A DNA stretch of 64,000 nt. Source: Octopus sinensis. Taxonomy: Eukaryota. The DNA is taken from the NCBI RefSeq assembly GCF_006345805.1, contig NC_043009.1:63240001-63304000 (forward strand), in the 5' to 3' direction. The notes beneath the pieces were generated by a model, which had not been told where the DNA came from, searched no databases, and saw only the letters and a program-made list of their open reading frames with translations. Positions 50,724-63,918 of the stretch are shown piece by piece. Each line of letters opens with the position of its first letter. The stretch's first letter is position 1. The position numbers and the translations under genes were made by a program.

Positions 50724-51073
50724 TGTATGTATGTATACACACCACACCTAAATATCTCCATCCCGAAACATAAAATGCTTGGATGCACACTACTAAAACT
50801 AAGTGTCGAAGAACCAGAACTGTCACGCTCTGATGAATACATCTTGCCTTATGCCTACGTTTATAAGCATCCCCCAGGACCTGCCGGAGGAGATACAACC
50901 TGCACAGACTTCCACCCTACACCAAAATGATAAATCTGTGTGTGTCGGAATATACACTGTTATCTTCAACTTGGCAGAAGCAAGGTTTTTATGCCTGAGG
51001 TGTGCTGCTGGGCACGTCGCTGACACTCTGTCAATCGAGTATGTTTAAGTAAGTGAGCCTTGCTGGGGTAACA

Positions 51074-51112
<39 letters not shown>

Positions 51113-51320
51113 CCACTACCACCACCACGACTCCTCCTCCTACTACTACTACTACTACCACTACTACTACTACTACTACTATTACTACTACTAATACTAC
51201 TAATACTACTACAAATAGTAGTACCTTCCATTGAAGGCAGAAAACCTGAAATTTTAGGGGAAGGAACTAATCGATTACATCGACCCCAGTGTTTTACCGA
51301 CCTCGACAGGATGAAGGGCA

Positions 51321-51382
<62 letters not shown>

Positions 51383-51383
<1 letters not shown>

Positions 51384-51780
51384 CCTTTCTATTGGAGGCA
51401 CAAGGCTTCAAATTAGGAGGGAGAGGACTAGTCGATTAGATCGACCCCAGTGTTCAACTGGTACTTATTTTATCGACCCCGAAAGGATGAAAGGCAAAGT
51501 CGACCTCGACGGAATTTGAACGCTGAAGGTAGCGACGGGCGAAATACCTATTTCTTTACTACCCACAAGGGGCTAAACACAGAGAGGACAAACAAGGACA
51601 GACAAACGGACCAAGTCGATTATATCGAGCCCAGTGCGTAACTGGTACTTATTTAATCGACCCCGAAAGGATGAAAGGCACAGTCGACCTCGGCGGAATT
51701 TGAACTTAGAACGTAGCGGTAGACGAAATACCTCTAGGCATTTCGTCCAGCGTGCTAACGATTCTGCCAGCTCGCCGCCT
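51383..51780 (-). mobile_element. SINE A dimer
   Basis: Junction GAAATAC|CTATTTC at 51547/51548. Confidence 0.88.
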
Positions 51781-53669
51781 AGTAATGATAAGGATGATTT
51801 CTTTTATTGGCCACAAATGCCCGAGACATAGAGGACAATATCAAAGGATGAGATACAACACAGCAGAAATAGTTGGGGCGCTGTTGTGGCTGCTGCACCA
51901 TGTATACAACCGGGAACATCTCAAAACTCCAGCATCTCTGTATCGACATCTCTCTGCCGTATTTCCCAGCGGTCATTGCTAATATTGTTGCTGGTATTTC
52001 TACCCTTACTGCTTGCTGAATTTAATTATCCATTGTGTTTGATTGGTTGATTGTTTTATTTCTTTTTGATCACTCGCTGCAGTCATGAATCGGACATTTT
52101 ACGAATCAAATTTAAACGCAAGTCTTATGTAATTTCCCTCTTTTACTTCCTCTTCTCACCAACGATAATAAGGTACAGTTTAGTTACGTCAGACACAATG
52201 AAGAAAATAGCTGCGAAATACAATATGAAAGAAAGAAATATAGAAAAATAATGGACCACACAAGGTTAAAGATGTAATTAAGATTATAGAGACTGTCAGC
52301 CATACAGTTGTAATGACTGAATTGTTAGCGACAAACAATACATACTAGACTGTATAATAAAGATCTACATGACAGTGAAAACAAGACACAGACGGTATTG
52401 AGAGTGAGAAGAATGACAGAGAAATTAGAATAAGACTGTGGCTATGCTTTTGACATCAAGTTCGACATTCGAGCTGTTGACAATGGCTAAGAAACAAATT
52501 GATACGTGTGATCCTACCGACAGTCACTAGGTAGAATGTCGGTGGCGAACATTCGAAATGGCTTGAAATATTTCACTGGATATCGTACGACATGGTGGGT
52601 GATAGAGAAAGCAACGAGAAAGAAATGGTGGAAAGGACGAAAAATGCTTGAATAATTGAAAAATATTAAAAAAAAACAGAAGAGAAAAATGAAAAAGATG
52701 GAAAAGAATAAATATGGTGAAGAAAATATATAAAACAAATGTGAGGAAATTAAACAAAAAATGTGGTGGGGAGGGATAAATGGGATTTAGACTGTGCAGT
52801 ATGGGCGGGTGGCTTGATTAAAGTTGCAAATCTTGTAGTTCGTGAATGTTGCAGTTTTGGCGGGTTTTTGGCAAGTTGTTGACGATAGATTTCAACTGGG
52901 TGAAGAGGAAGGAAATGCATATGGCCCACGCTCTATCTTTTCCTCTCTTTCTCTCTCACTCCCTAAACTTCTCGTCTCTCATTAATGCTTTGACTACATA
53001 CTCTCACCATAAATGACATCAAGCGAGTACGAATTTAAAATTCTCTAACACACACAACACATACCTACACACACACGCACGCACACACACACGCATCACA
53101 ACACACCTATACACACACAATACATATCTGTACACACACAACACCTACTTACCCACACACACAAAACACACGCACATACACACACATACAAAACACGCAA
53201 CCACACAAACACATACACAACACACACACACACACAACATACCTATATACATACACACGCATACACATGAGTGGTGGCTAAATTATCAGGGAGCGGATAC
53301 GGTTGCTTTCTCTCCAGTATATTACAGGTATTGGAAGACTCAGAACTGAGATGGATGAAATATAATTACACGACGCTGTTAGACCAGTGCTCTTCCGCCT
53401 CACTCGGCTCCACCACTCTTCCAGTGGCACACATTGATGCCACAACAGTTGAACCTATAAGTTTTACGAAAGAGAAGAAACAGGAAGTGGTGGCGTTCAT
53501 GCTTGTCTCTATGTAAAATGTTCGGTGCCTGGAAAATAAAACAATAACCATGTGGAGCTCCGTAATTAATTGTTACTTGTTTTATCTGCCCCTGTGAGGT
53601 GTGAATGATAAAGATAATCCTGGCGGTATTTGAACCCAGAAAATAAAGGGAAATAACTAAATATCATTT

Positions 53670-54130
53670 TCAAATTCTGGGCAGAATGCCAGCAATTTCG
53701 GGGGAGGGCTTAAGTGGATTAAATCGACCCCAGTGCGTAACTGGTACTTAATTTATCAAGGCGGCCAGCTGGCAGAATCGTTAGCACGTTAGTCGAAATG
53801 TTTAGAGGTATTTCGTCTGCCGCTACGTTCTGAGTTCAAATTCCGCCGAGGTCGACTTTGCCTTTCATCCTTTCGGGGTCGATTAAATAGGTACCACTTA
53901 CGCACTGGGGTCGATGTAATCTACTTAATCCGTTTGTCTGTCCTTGTTTGTCCTCTCTATGTTTAGCCCCTTGTGGGTAATAAAGAAACAGGTACTTAAT
54001 TTATCGACCCCGAAATGATGAAAGGCAAAGTCGACCTCAATGGAATTTGAACTCAGAACGTAAAGACGGACGAAATGCCGGTGAGCACTTTGCCCGGCGT
54101 GCTAACGATTTCGCCAGCTCGCCGCCCAGA
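53670..54130. mobile_element. Plus SINE A (53758-53990) inserted in a minus SINE A, 15-bp TSD
   Basis: GGTACTTAATTTATC at 53743-53757 and 53991-54005. Confidence 0.9.
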
Positions 54131-54989
54131 AATAACTAAATGTCGATCTCTAATACAACCGCCAAATCGCCATAATTTTTGAGGGGATCGATTATATACA
54201 CAGACTGGCAATGATTGCTACTTTATTTTCTCTACCTTAGGAAAAGGTAATCCCGAGCGAATTTGAATTCAGAACGTAAAAGGATTGGCTTTGCTCTTTA
54301 TCATTCTAAGAGCGAAATCTTTAATGGCATTTCATCTGTCTTTACGTTCTCAGTTCAAATTCCCCCAAAGTCGACTTTGCCTTTTATCCTTTCGGGGTCA
54401 ATGAAATAAGTAACTGCTGCGCTCTGGCGTCGATGTGCGGGCCTTGTGCCTTTAGTTGAAGGGATTATTAATACTCGGGTGGGGTGGGGTGGGATGGGGT
54501 GGGGACAACGTGGTTTAGTGCCTCGGGTACGGCACTCATGGTCGTAAAACTGTGGCTTCGATTCACGTTGCTCAGCTGGCAAAAATAAGTGATGTTACAA
54601 CGGACCTGCGTTTGAACCGGAAGTGGGGTGGGATGGGGGAATATACAAGCCCAACTATCCGGAAACTGGCCCTATGAGACTATGGCTCGGGAAGGACCTT
54701 TGATATTCTTTTCGACTTATGACAGAGAAATATAAGTATATTAAATATCGTAGAACATAATTTTTGATTTATTAAACTTATCTCCGCTTCTGAAGGGTGC
54801 GTCACAGTCAGAACCATTTAATGTTAAATGAGCTCCTATATGTGTGCGTGTGTGTGTGTGTGCGTGTACGTGCGTATGTGTTTGAGTGTGTGTGTGTGTG
54901 TGTGCGTGCGTACGTGTACGTGCGTATGTGTGTATGCACGCGTGTATGCGTGGTGTACACACACACGCAAACACATACTCACATATGTA

Positions 54990-55050
<61 letters not shown>

Positions 55051-55324
55051 TATATAATATATATATGAATATATATAATATAAATGCGAATGTACGTGGT
55101 TATGTATGTATGTTTAGCCCTGAAAGGCTCTGAAATGCTGCGCCCTCGAAAAAATGCGAATTTTATTTGCGAAATCTGCGTCCCAAAGAAAGGTCGTCCA
55201 TAAATAATATCATAATTTGTTACGAGACATAAACCAACTTTTAGATCTACAAATCTCATGCTCTCTATCTCCCACTATCACTCTATCGCTTTCTATGTAC
55301 TTGCCACACTCTCTTGTCACACCC

Positions 55325-55359
<35 letters not shown>

Positions 55360-55662
55360 ATTTGTTACTTTCTCTGCATATATATTAACTCTCATGCATT
55401 TTTTTCATTTCGTTTAAAACCTCATCTTCTAATGTTTACTTTCATTTCGTGACAGCTATTACTTACAAATCATGTTTTCTGATTAGGTAAATATGATCAA
55501 GCTTTAAACGTCTGTGACATTTGTCTGAAATTTTCTAGAATATGAATCACAAACTCAAATTCAACATGAAAAAGTGCATCGATATACCAAATTTGAAAAT
55601 TTTTCACATTATTTAAAATTTTTTTTAATTTGGGACAGCTAAAGGAAAGTGCTCTCTCTCCC

Positions 55663-55697
<35 letters not shown>

Positions 55698-55772
55698 TCT
55701 ATCTCTTTCATTTTTCGCTTTTCTCGTGATAAACTTTCCCACTCTATATAGATATTTATCACGCTCTCTCTC

Positions 55773-55855
<83 letters not shown>

Positions 55856-55980
55856 TTCTATAAAGTATAGCGCTCACGCTGAGTGTTGTGTGTTTGCCAG
55901 TATTTTTGCATGCATGTGTGTAAGGAATTTCATGAGGGCAACAAAGCGATTTTAAAATAGTATGTAAAAGATAATTTATT

Positions 55981-56290
55981 TTAATAGGGTCCACGGTATT
56001 ATCGCTCAGACGCAGATGCGCTCTGCATCGACAGCAGATTGCATTCCCAGAATACAGAATGATACCCTTTAGTGAACATATTGAGAAATGCGCAAAGCAA
56101 CTACTACCACAATTTATAATCTTTCCATTCTATCAATGTGCCATTGGAACACCAACACAAGTTAGATTAAATAAGGAAACCTTCTTCATTGAAAAATATA
56201 AGCCAAAACTTAACCATTTCTAATATTTTTAAATAAGGAAACTCACCTCATTGAAAAATAATACAAAGCAAAACCTAACCACTTTTAACA
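55981..56290 (+). mobile_element. Penelope-like GIY-YIG C-terminal fragment with duplicated 3' end
   Basis: Open frame 55981-56223 (no ATG, absent from the ORF track): LIGSTVLSLRRRCALHRQQI...IPFSEHIEKCA...IFPFY...RLNKETFFIEKYKPKLN; last ~62 bp repeated at ~56228-56290. Confidence 0.8.
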
Positions 56291-56614
56291 TTCTATTCCT
56301 TCTAAACCAAATCATGTTTAATTAATCAAATCTAATCATTCTCAACATTTTTTATTATCTCCCTTATACCGGAAAAATCCCTGATTACCTTCCCTTGTCT
56401 GGAACTCCATATTTCACAGCATATAAGTAAAGACATTTGAGAAATTTGAAAAGAAAATACGAAACTGGTTATTTCTCCAAAAAACGATGTTACTATACGC
56501 AAAATTTTATAACATTTTTCTAACATAACGATTTAAATATATTCTTTAACTATGTAACACAAGCCTTCTGTAGTTTTTTCACTCTTTTTTGTCTTTTATA
56601 TATCGAGAGTTACA

Positions 56615-56981
56615 CAAATACTAGAACTGGGCGCCACTGCATTGTGCCAAGGACTTCAAAATTGCCATCAAGATGTAGGACAATATACTGCAATAGCCTG
56701 GGCTTCAGAGGTCCACAGCTCTTCAACATCCTCCCGAAGGACATGAGAGACCTGCATGGGATGGATGTAGGTGTCTTCAAAATAAAGCTGGACCTCTTCC
56801 TGTCAGGTGTCCCAGATGAACCAGCTTCGCGGCAGGAGGTGCAGATGAGGGCAGCTGCATCACACTCTCTCGTGCACTAAATGACAATAGCTAAAAAGCA
56901 TTCGTGAAGTAAAATTATGTAGCAACATCAAATGGCAGTGCCCCAGCATGGACACAGCTCGTGAGCTGAAACTAGATAAAA
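56615..56981 (+). mobile_element. CR1/L2-group LINE 3' end
   Basis: GRHCIVP...NSLGFRGPQLFNILPKDMRDL...FKIKLDLFLSGVPDEP...RAAASHSL, followed by a 3' UTR stem-loop. Confidence 0.8.
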
Positions 56982-57539
56982 TTTAAAATATATATATATA
57001 CACATACACACACATATATGTGTGTGTGTGTGGATGTAAGTATAATATGTGTGTGTGTGTGTATAGGTTTGCATATGTATGTTTCAGTATTTCTGTTCAT
57101 ATTTTGTTGCTTTGTGTTTTATAGTCGAGTTTTGTCAATAAGAAATGAGAGAACTAAAATAAATACAAGACCCGATATGAGGGATTGGATTCCTGAAGGC
57201 GGTGCTTCACTATAATAGCAATCCAATGATTAAAACTAGTAAGAAATAATAAGCAAAAGTATCAGACACAATCGTTGGTTCTCGTGTTTCAAACCTATTG
57301 TACAAAGAATGTATTTGCGTATTTAACAAAAACATTGTTGCACGTTGGTGACATTAAAGATCGTATGAAATACAGAAAGGTATTATGTATGACTTGGAGT
57401 CTCTCATCGCGAGCTTGTTTCACTGAGATGTGGAATGTGTGCCCAGTTATATTGTATTTATCTAATAATATGTCTGTATGTATAGTTGTATGTGCGTGAA
57501 CTTTGCTACGTTTCCCTGTGCGCGCATACACATACATCT

Positions 57540-57608
<69 letters not shown>

Positions 57609-57659
57609 TGTATGTTTGTATGTATATACACAAGAGTTAAGGAGTGGAGTAGATAAGAT

Positions 57660-57749
57660 CTGGGCTACATATGTTTCATAGCGAGCAGAACCTCGGACTT
57701 TGTAAATATCCAAGCGAGGTGTATACTGCAGGCTACTCTTCAGGCCAAG
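57660..57749 (-). ncRNA. Type I hammerhead ribozyme motif with extended stem II
   Basis: Minus strand: CTTGGC-CTGAAGA-GTAGC-(49 nt, nested GCAG/CTGC and CCTCG/CGAGG stems)-GCTAT-GAA-ACATATGT-A-GCCCAG; GUA triplet. Confidence 0.82.
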
Positions 57750-57786
57750 GATATCTTGATTAAATGAAAGTTTATATATATACATA

Positions 57787-57818
57787 TGGATAGATAGATA
57801 GATAGATAGATAGATAGC

Positions 57819-57915
<97 letters not shown>
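57787..57915. repeat. (GATA)n microsatellite
   Basis: Direct reading. Confidence 0.95.
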
Positions 57916-57917
<2 letters not shown>

Positions 57918-58148
57918 GCATACATCTCTGTCAAGTAGTTGGTTACTTGGATGGAATTGTGCACTGGTACATTGTATATATATATATATTATATTAAATT
58001 AGAGATAAAACCACTATCAGGCAAATCAAACGGTGAAAAACATAAGCCAATACATAAAATTAATTTTAAAATATAAAAGTTAGAAATAAAAAATTATTTA
58101 AATAATTTAAACTTATAAATTTTATATATATATACAAATATATATATA

Positions 58149-58229
<81 letters not shown>

Positions 58230-58356
58230 AGTATATTTTTATATTTATATATATTTTATTTATTAATTAATATATATATATATACTTATATATACATATA
58301 TATATACATACATACAAATATATATATATATACACGTACATACATATGTGTGTGTG

Positions 58357-58392
<36 letters not shown>

Positions 58393-58512
58393 TCTATAGA
58401 TAAGAGACAGGTGTTCTCTGTATAAAATACACTTTGTAGTACTAAAGGGATATGAACTCGAGCAGGTTGAAGAGTAAATGTAGGGACAAGTAAGTTAGGC
58501 ATATACTCAAAA

Positions 58513-58741
58513 TATCTCTTTATTGCCCACAGGGGGCTAAACATAGATGGGACAAACAAGGGCAGACAAAGAGATTAAGTCGATTACATCGCCCCCAGTA
58601 CGTAACTGGTACCTATTTAATCGACCCCGAAAGGATGAGAAGTAAAGCGCCCTCTGCGGGATTTGAAAACGTAACGGTAGATGAAATACTGCTAAGCATT
58701 TCACCCAGCGTGCTAACGTTTCTGCCAGCTCTCGCCGCCTT
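58513..58741 (-). mobile_element. SINE A
   Basis: Family consensus match. Confidence 0.85.
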
Positions 58742-58789
58742 ACACACACAAAATATTAAATACTTTTAATGCAAAAAAATGTGCATATA

Positions 58790-59356
58790 CACTTGCATCG
58801 GAAATTAATTAGCACTTCTCAAATTTCTACATTTTCTTACATTTTCTTAATTTAATTAACTTATTATCAGAAATGAACTCGTTTTTAATCAAAAATTTAT
58901 TAAAACATATCCCAGCACACCACATAATTGTTATTAATCGTGAAATTTAGTCAATATCTTGTTGCTCCTCCTTTGGCAGCAATGACAGCTGCTACGCGGG
59001 TCGGCATGCTGTCTATGAGTGCCTGCAGGTACTGTGCAGGGATGGCCCCTCATGCAGCAAGAAGTGCCCCAAACAGCTCGTGTCGGTTCCTGTATTGCTG
59101 CACATTCAAATCCCTACCCAATCGACTCCAGAGGTTCTCAAGAGAGTTCAGGTCAGGTGACTGGCCAGCACGTACTCCTCGCCACCAAAGAGGTATCCCG
59201 TACTATCTCAACGTACTTTGCTGCGTTGATGTTGCCTTCGACGGCATAGAGCCGCCCAACACCACTGTAGCTGAACGCCCCTCACACCATCAGACCACCC
59301 CAACCATGCTTCATGGTGAGCAAATCAAGGGTGCTAATTAATTTCTGACGGTAGTG
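58790..59356 (-). mobile_element. Internally deleted Tc1 element
   Basis: TIRs CACTTGCATCGGAAATTAATTAGCAC vs CACTACCGTCAGAAATTAATTAGCAC, TA flanks; minus strand 59314-58951: KHGWGGLMV*GAFSYSGVGRL, QSPDLNSLENLW, IDSMPTRVAAVIAAKGGATRY*. Confidence 0.9.
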
Positions 59357-59749
59357 TATATATATTAGAAGTCCGGCTTCCATACAACAGACATGATGTC
59401 AGGAATTAAATGGGTTGGAATCAATTTACAGCCATCAACCCCCAGAAACAGCTGTCGGTCTTGTAAAAGTCCTACTCAACCTCTTTAATTCTTGATACCA
59501 TTTTTATTCTGTGCAAGTCGAACTTTTTTTATGTATATATATACATATGTCCATTTTTTGTATTAAATGTATTTAATAATTTTTGTATATCGACTTGTCT
59601 AACTTTATTAGGGATTCTACACAGTTTCCGTCAGTCAAATCCACCTTTTTATACCTAAACATATGTACATTTTTTGTATTAAATGTATTTAATAATTTGT
59701 GTACGTCGACTTGCCTAACTTGCTGTCCTAACATTTATTCCTTTGCATA

Positions 59750-59790
<41 letters not shown>

Positions 59791-59854
59791 ATGTGTGTGT
59801 GTATGTGTGTGTGTGTGTATGTGTGTGTGTGTATGTGTGTGTGTGTATGTGTGT

Positions 59855-59901
<47 letters not shown>

Positions 59902-59928
59902 TATAATATATAATATATGATATATAAA

Positions 59929-60179
59929 GTGGAGGCACGTGGCTTAGTGGTTAGTGTGTCAGAATCATGATCGTAAGATTGTGGTTTCGATTCCTGGACA
60001 GGGCGACGCGTTGTGTTCTTGAACAAAACACTTCATTTCACGTTGCTCCAGTTCACTCAGCTGGCAAAAAAGAGTAACTCTGCGATGGACTGGCGTCCCG
60101 TCCAGCTGGAGAACACATACGCTATAGAAACCGGGAAACCGGGCCCATCAGCCTGGCTAGGCTTTAAAAGGGCGCATTT
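59929..60179 (+). mobile_element. SINE family C, full length
   Basis: Matches 23562-23807. Confidence 0.9.
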
Positions 60180-61941
60180 ATTTTATTATATTTATATGAT
60201 ATACAAGAATCACGTTACGGCGGGAATATTGTGTCTTTGAAAGCTTGCAGTAACGCAAAACTTCTACTACCATTGATTTTCACGTTGTTAAATGATGCGT
60301 TCGAAAAGATATTTCGAAAAGATAATGCAATAATTCCTAAATATATACAGTATAATATGAATGTATACAAACATTTGAAGTGAAATCCTTTGGAACAAGG
60401 CTCACCTGCCCCGCGCAGAACCTTAGTTCGATTCGCGGCCAATGCATTCATATTTTAACGCCGGCACCTCAGCATGGCTGCAGCTCTTGAGCTCAAACTA
60501 GTAAAATAATAAGAGTAAAAGGGAAAAGAAACTGGTGCGGCTTTGTTGTTTTCTGATTGGTTCATAAATGCCGATGAAATGGCAGACGATATAGCTTATA
60601 TAATAATTATGTAGTACATTATATGCAAATAAGTTGCCATGCGATTGAAATATCTGTAGCTTGAAATTAAGTACTGTATATATTATTCATGTGTTTCTTC
60701 ATTTCGTAACATGAGCAGTCAATGTTAGTACAGAGATTGGAGTTGTACAATACTTAGTATTAGTAAATCATGCCGAGCTTGCATTCATTTACTCTCGCCA
60801 ATCAAATACGTGCTGGAGGCTATGGAGTTTATAACCGCGATCATTAACATCCATAATAATTTGTATGCGTCAGTGTGTGTGTATGTATCTATGTATGTAT
60901 GCGAGAATGTAACCAACCTTTCCTTATATGACATTGATTTCATCGACAGATGCATTATTCCAGATTTGTGGGTTCGTGATTAAGGCACTACAATTTGTAA
61001 AGACCTTTAATCATTAAAAGCGAAAGCACCATCATCAGCCCCACATTTAGTTCCTCTATTAACGTTGTTGCTGATGTTGTTACATGACAAATGGGACCAT
61101 CGTCGCCTTCTTGCGTCGTCCATTTTACTCAATACAGTTATATGCAGGGAAGCATTTTACTTCCGCCTCTCTTATGTTCAAATTCAGACAAAATTTACTT
61201 CTTTCCGTTCAATCGATATCAGATCTATTTTCGAACAGATTCAACGACGATAATTTAAAGAAGTGTTATAAAATATTTGAGTATATTACAGAGTTTCTTA
61301 CGATTTTGAAATAATTTTCAGGATGAAAAGAAAATGAGGAATGTTTCTGAAATAAGAATCTAACAACTTTGCTTCGCCCTTTGCCTGCTCAAAGAATTTT
61401 CGTAAGTCTGTCTAGATCGTTCATGTTCGTTTTCAAACTTTTAGTTTGCCCTTGTTTCCTACGTTCTGAGTGATATCAAGCTTTACTCTCATAAATCACG
61501 AGTTACCCCCGTGGTTGAAAAAATATCGAGAATATATATCATATATGATGCATGGAGACCAGGGAAATATGTTCCGCACATTAAATGTGATATACGGGAC
61601 AAGCAAAGGGTTAATTTTATTTTTACTGATCTTTACATATGATACAGACATCGCAGTGTCAATAAGTCCCAAATATAAACTAGGAAACCAGGGGTCAAGT
61701 TTGATCTGGTATAACAAGAACAGTCAGCCGAAAAGCCGAGTGTAGGGTATATATTATCGTCACCAGCTTTGGTGTGTCTCTGTTAATTTATCACAGCTCA
61801 GTGCTTATAACATTTAGCTGTTAGAGAGATAATGGCCCAGTAGAATCATGCTGAGACTGAACTTAAAACCCAAGCCTGAACACTCTAGGCGGTAACTGAT
61901 ATTACATCGGCCGTTTATTGACGATATCTCTGATAGATAAC

Positions 61942-61964
61942 AAAATGGCGGCTGTCAATGACAG
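61942..61964 (+). promoter_or_regulatory. YY1-like motif overlapping an inverted TGACAG pair
   Basis: AAAATGGCGGC overlapping CTGTCA-A-TGACAG. Motif only. Confidence 0.25.
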
Positions 61965-62064
61965 TTTGAACAGAAACCGTCACAGAGCAAAGATGATCAA
62001 CATTTGCTTGTATCAGGGAAGCTGGTTTTATTGTGCGAGGATATATAGGCATGAATGTGTATAT

Positions 62065-62072
62065 AGGTATGA

Positions 62073-62131
<59 letters not shown>

Positions 62132-62259
62132 GGCATAAGTGTGTGTCTATATAGATTATGTGTGTATGTGTGTATAGTGAATATGTTGATAGATAACCGA
62201 ACAGTGAAGCAACGTGAATATATGGAGACAGACATGCAAACACGCACGCACACAGACAG

Positions 62260-62313
<54 letters not shown>

Positions 62314-62441
62314 AGAGTGCTGTGAAGAAACGGCGTTCAACTCAGATCGGAATTTAATTACAATATTATCGCTGACATTATTTATTGATACACACATATA
62401 CACACATACACACATATGTATGTGTATATGTATATACATAT

Positions 62442-62490
<49 letters not shown>

Positions 62491-62581
62491 TATATATAAT
62501 ATATATATATATATGTATATATATATATGTATATATATATATGTATATATATATATGTGTGTGTGTATGTATATATATATA

Positions 62582-62636
<55 letters not shown>

Positions 62637-62780
62637 GTATATATATATATACACACACACACATATGCATTTATGCATTTATATATGTCTGTGTGTTATT
62701 GTGGTTATTATGTTTGTGTGTATACGTTTATGTATGCATGTATATATGTGTGTGTGTGTGTGTGTATGTGCATGCTTGTG
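62065..62780. repeat. Compound (TA)n/(CA)n/(TG)n microsatellite region
   Basis: Direct reading; explains the 334-aa and 251-aa ORFs. Confidence 0.95.
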
Positions 62781-63530
62781 TATATTTTTGCATGCATGTC
62801 TATACGTTCCAGTGTGTGTATACACTTTGTACTTATGCTTACATTTTAAACCAAAGGAACTTCTTTCGCCTTTCTACTTCACTGTACAATTACCTAAGGA
62901 AACAACGAAGCTACATTCCTGTTGACGTCTCCTTATCAGACCATCATTCCAGGAATACCACAAGAGCTTTATGCCAAATTTCTCCTCCAGACGTTTTCAT
63001 CATTTTAATCAATCGTCTTTCATCCTGGTTTATCTAGTTTTCGGGTCATGTCTCAGGGCATTAATCAGAATCGCTCATGGGCCACCTTTCATAGCCCACC
63101 CCATGATCACATACTTTTCGACCCCCACCCTTTACAGCTCCTTTACAGGGGATCGAAACCGACAGCGCTTAGCACAACCACCAGGTACCGATGATAGAAC
63201 ACTATTGAATACTTTAAACCGAGTTAAAATTAACCAAAGATCCAGATCCAGATCTACGATGTATTGCACTCTACGATGTATTGCATAAGATGGAATGGGC
63301 TATGAATGGATCTACCTGGAATAGCACGCCTGGAACAGCACGTGGTTACGCGGCTTTCTTTGAGAGCACCTTGGCCAAAATCATTAACGCAGTGTTTGAC
63401 AAAGATTTAAAGCTGAAGTTATTGACTACGTCCCACTTGTCCATGCGCCTTCTCCGCAACCCAATAACCCTCGCTCGCTCAACCGAGGATATTCCTAGTC
63501 TGTGTTGGCAGCTGTGTTAGACTTCAACCA

Positions 63531-63918
63531 GGAGGTGCAATGGCCCAGTGGTTAGGGCAGCGGACTCGCGGTCATAGGATCGCGGTTTCGATTCCCAGAC
63601 CGGGCGTTGTGAGTGTTTATTGAGCGAAAACACCTAAAAGCTCCACGAGGCTCCGGCAGGGGATGGTGGTGATCCCTGCTGTACTCTTTCACCACAACTT
63701 TCTCTCACTCTTACTTCCTGTTTCTGTTGTACCTGTATTTCAAGGATCCGGCCTTGTCACTCTGCTGTGTCTCGCTGAATATCCCCGAGAACTACGTTAA
63801 GGGTGCACGTGTCTGTGGAGTGCTCAGCCACTTACACGTTAATTTCACGAGCAAGCTGTTCCGTTGATTCGGATCAACCGGAACCCTCATCGTCGTAACC
63901 GACGGAGTGCTTCCATCC
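63531..63918 (+). mobile_element. SINE family D, full length, 12-bp TSD
   Basis: AGACTTCAACCA at 63519-63530 and 63919-63930. Confidence 0.93.

Noticed and set aside
58928-59341. 137-aa plus-strand ORF
   Set aside because: Antisense shadow of the Tc1 transposase remnant.
62033-63037. 334-aa ORF and the other long ORFs (YI, CV, TH, LS, poly-amino-acid runs)
   Set aside because: Translations of di-, tri- and tetranucleotide microsatellites, which lack stops in some frames.
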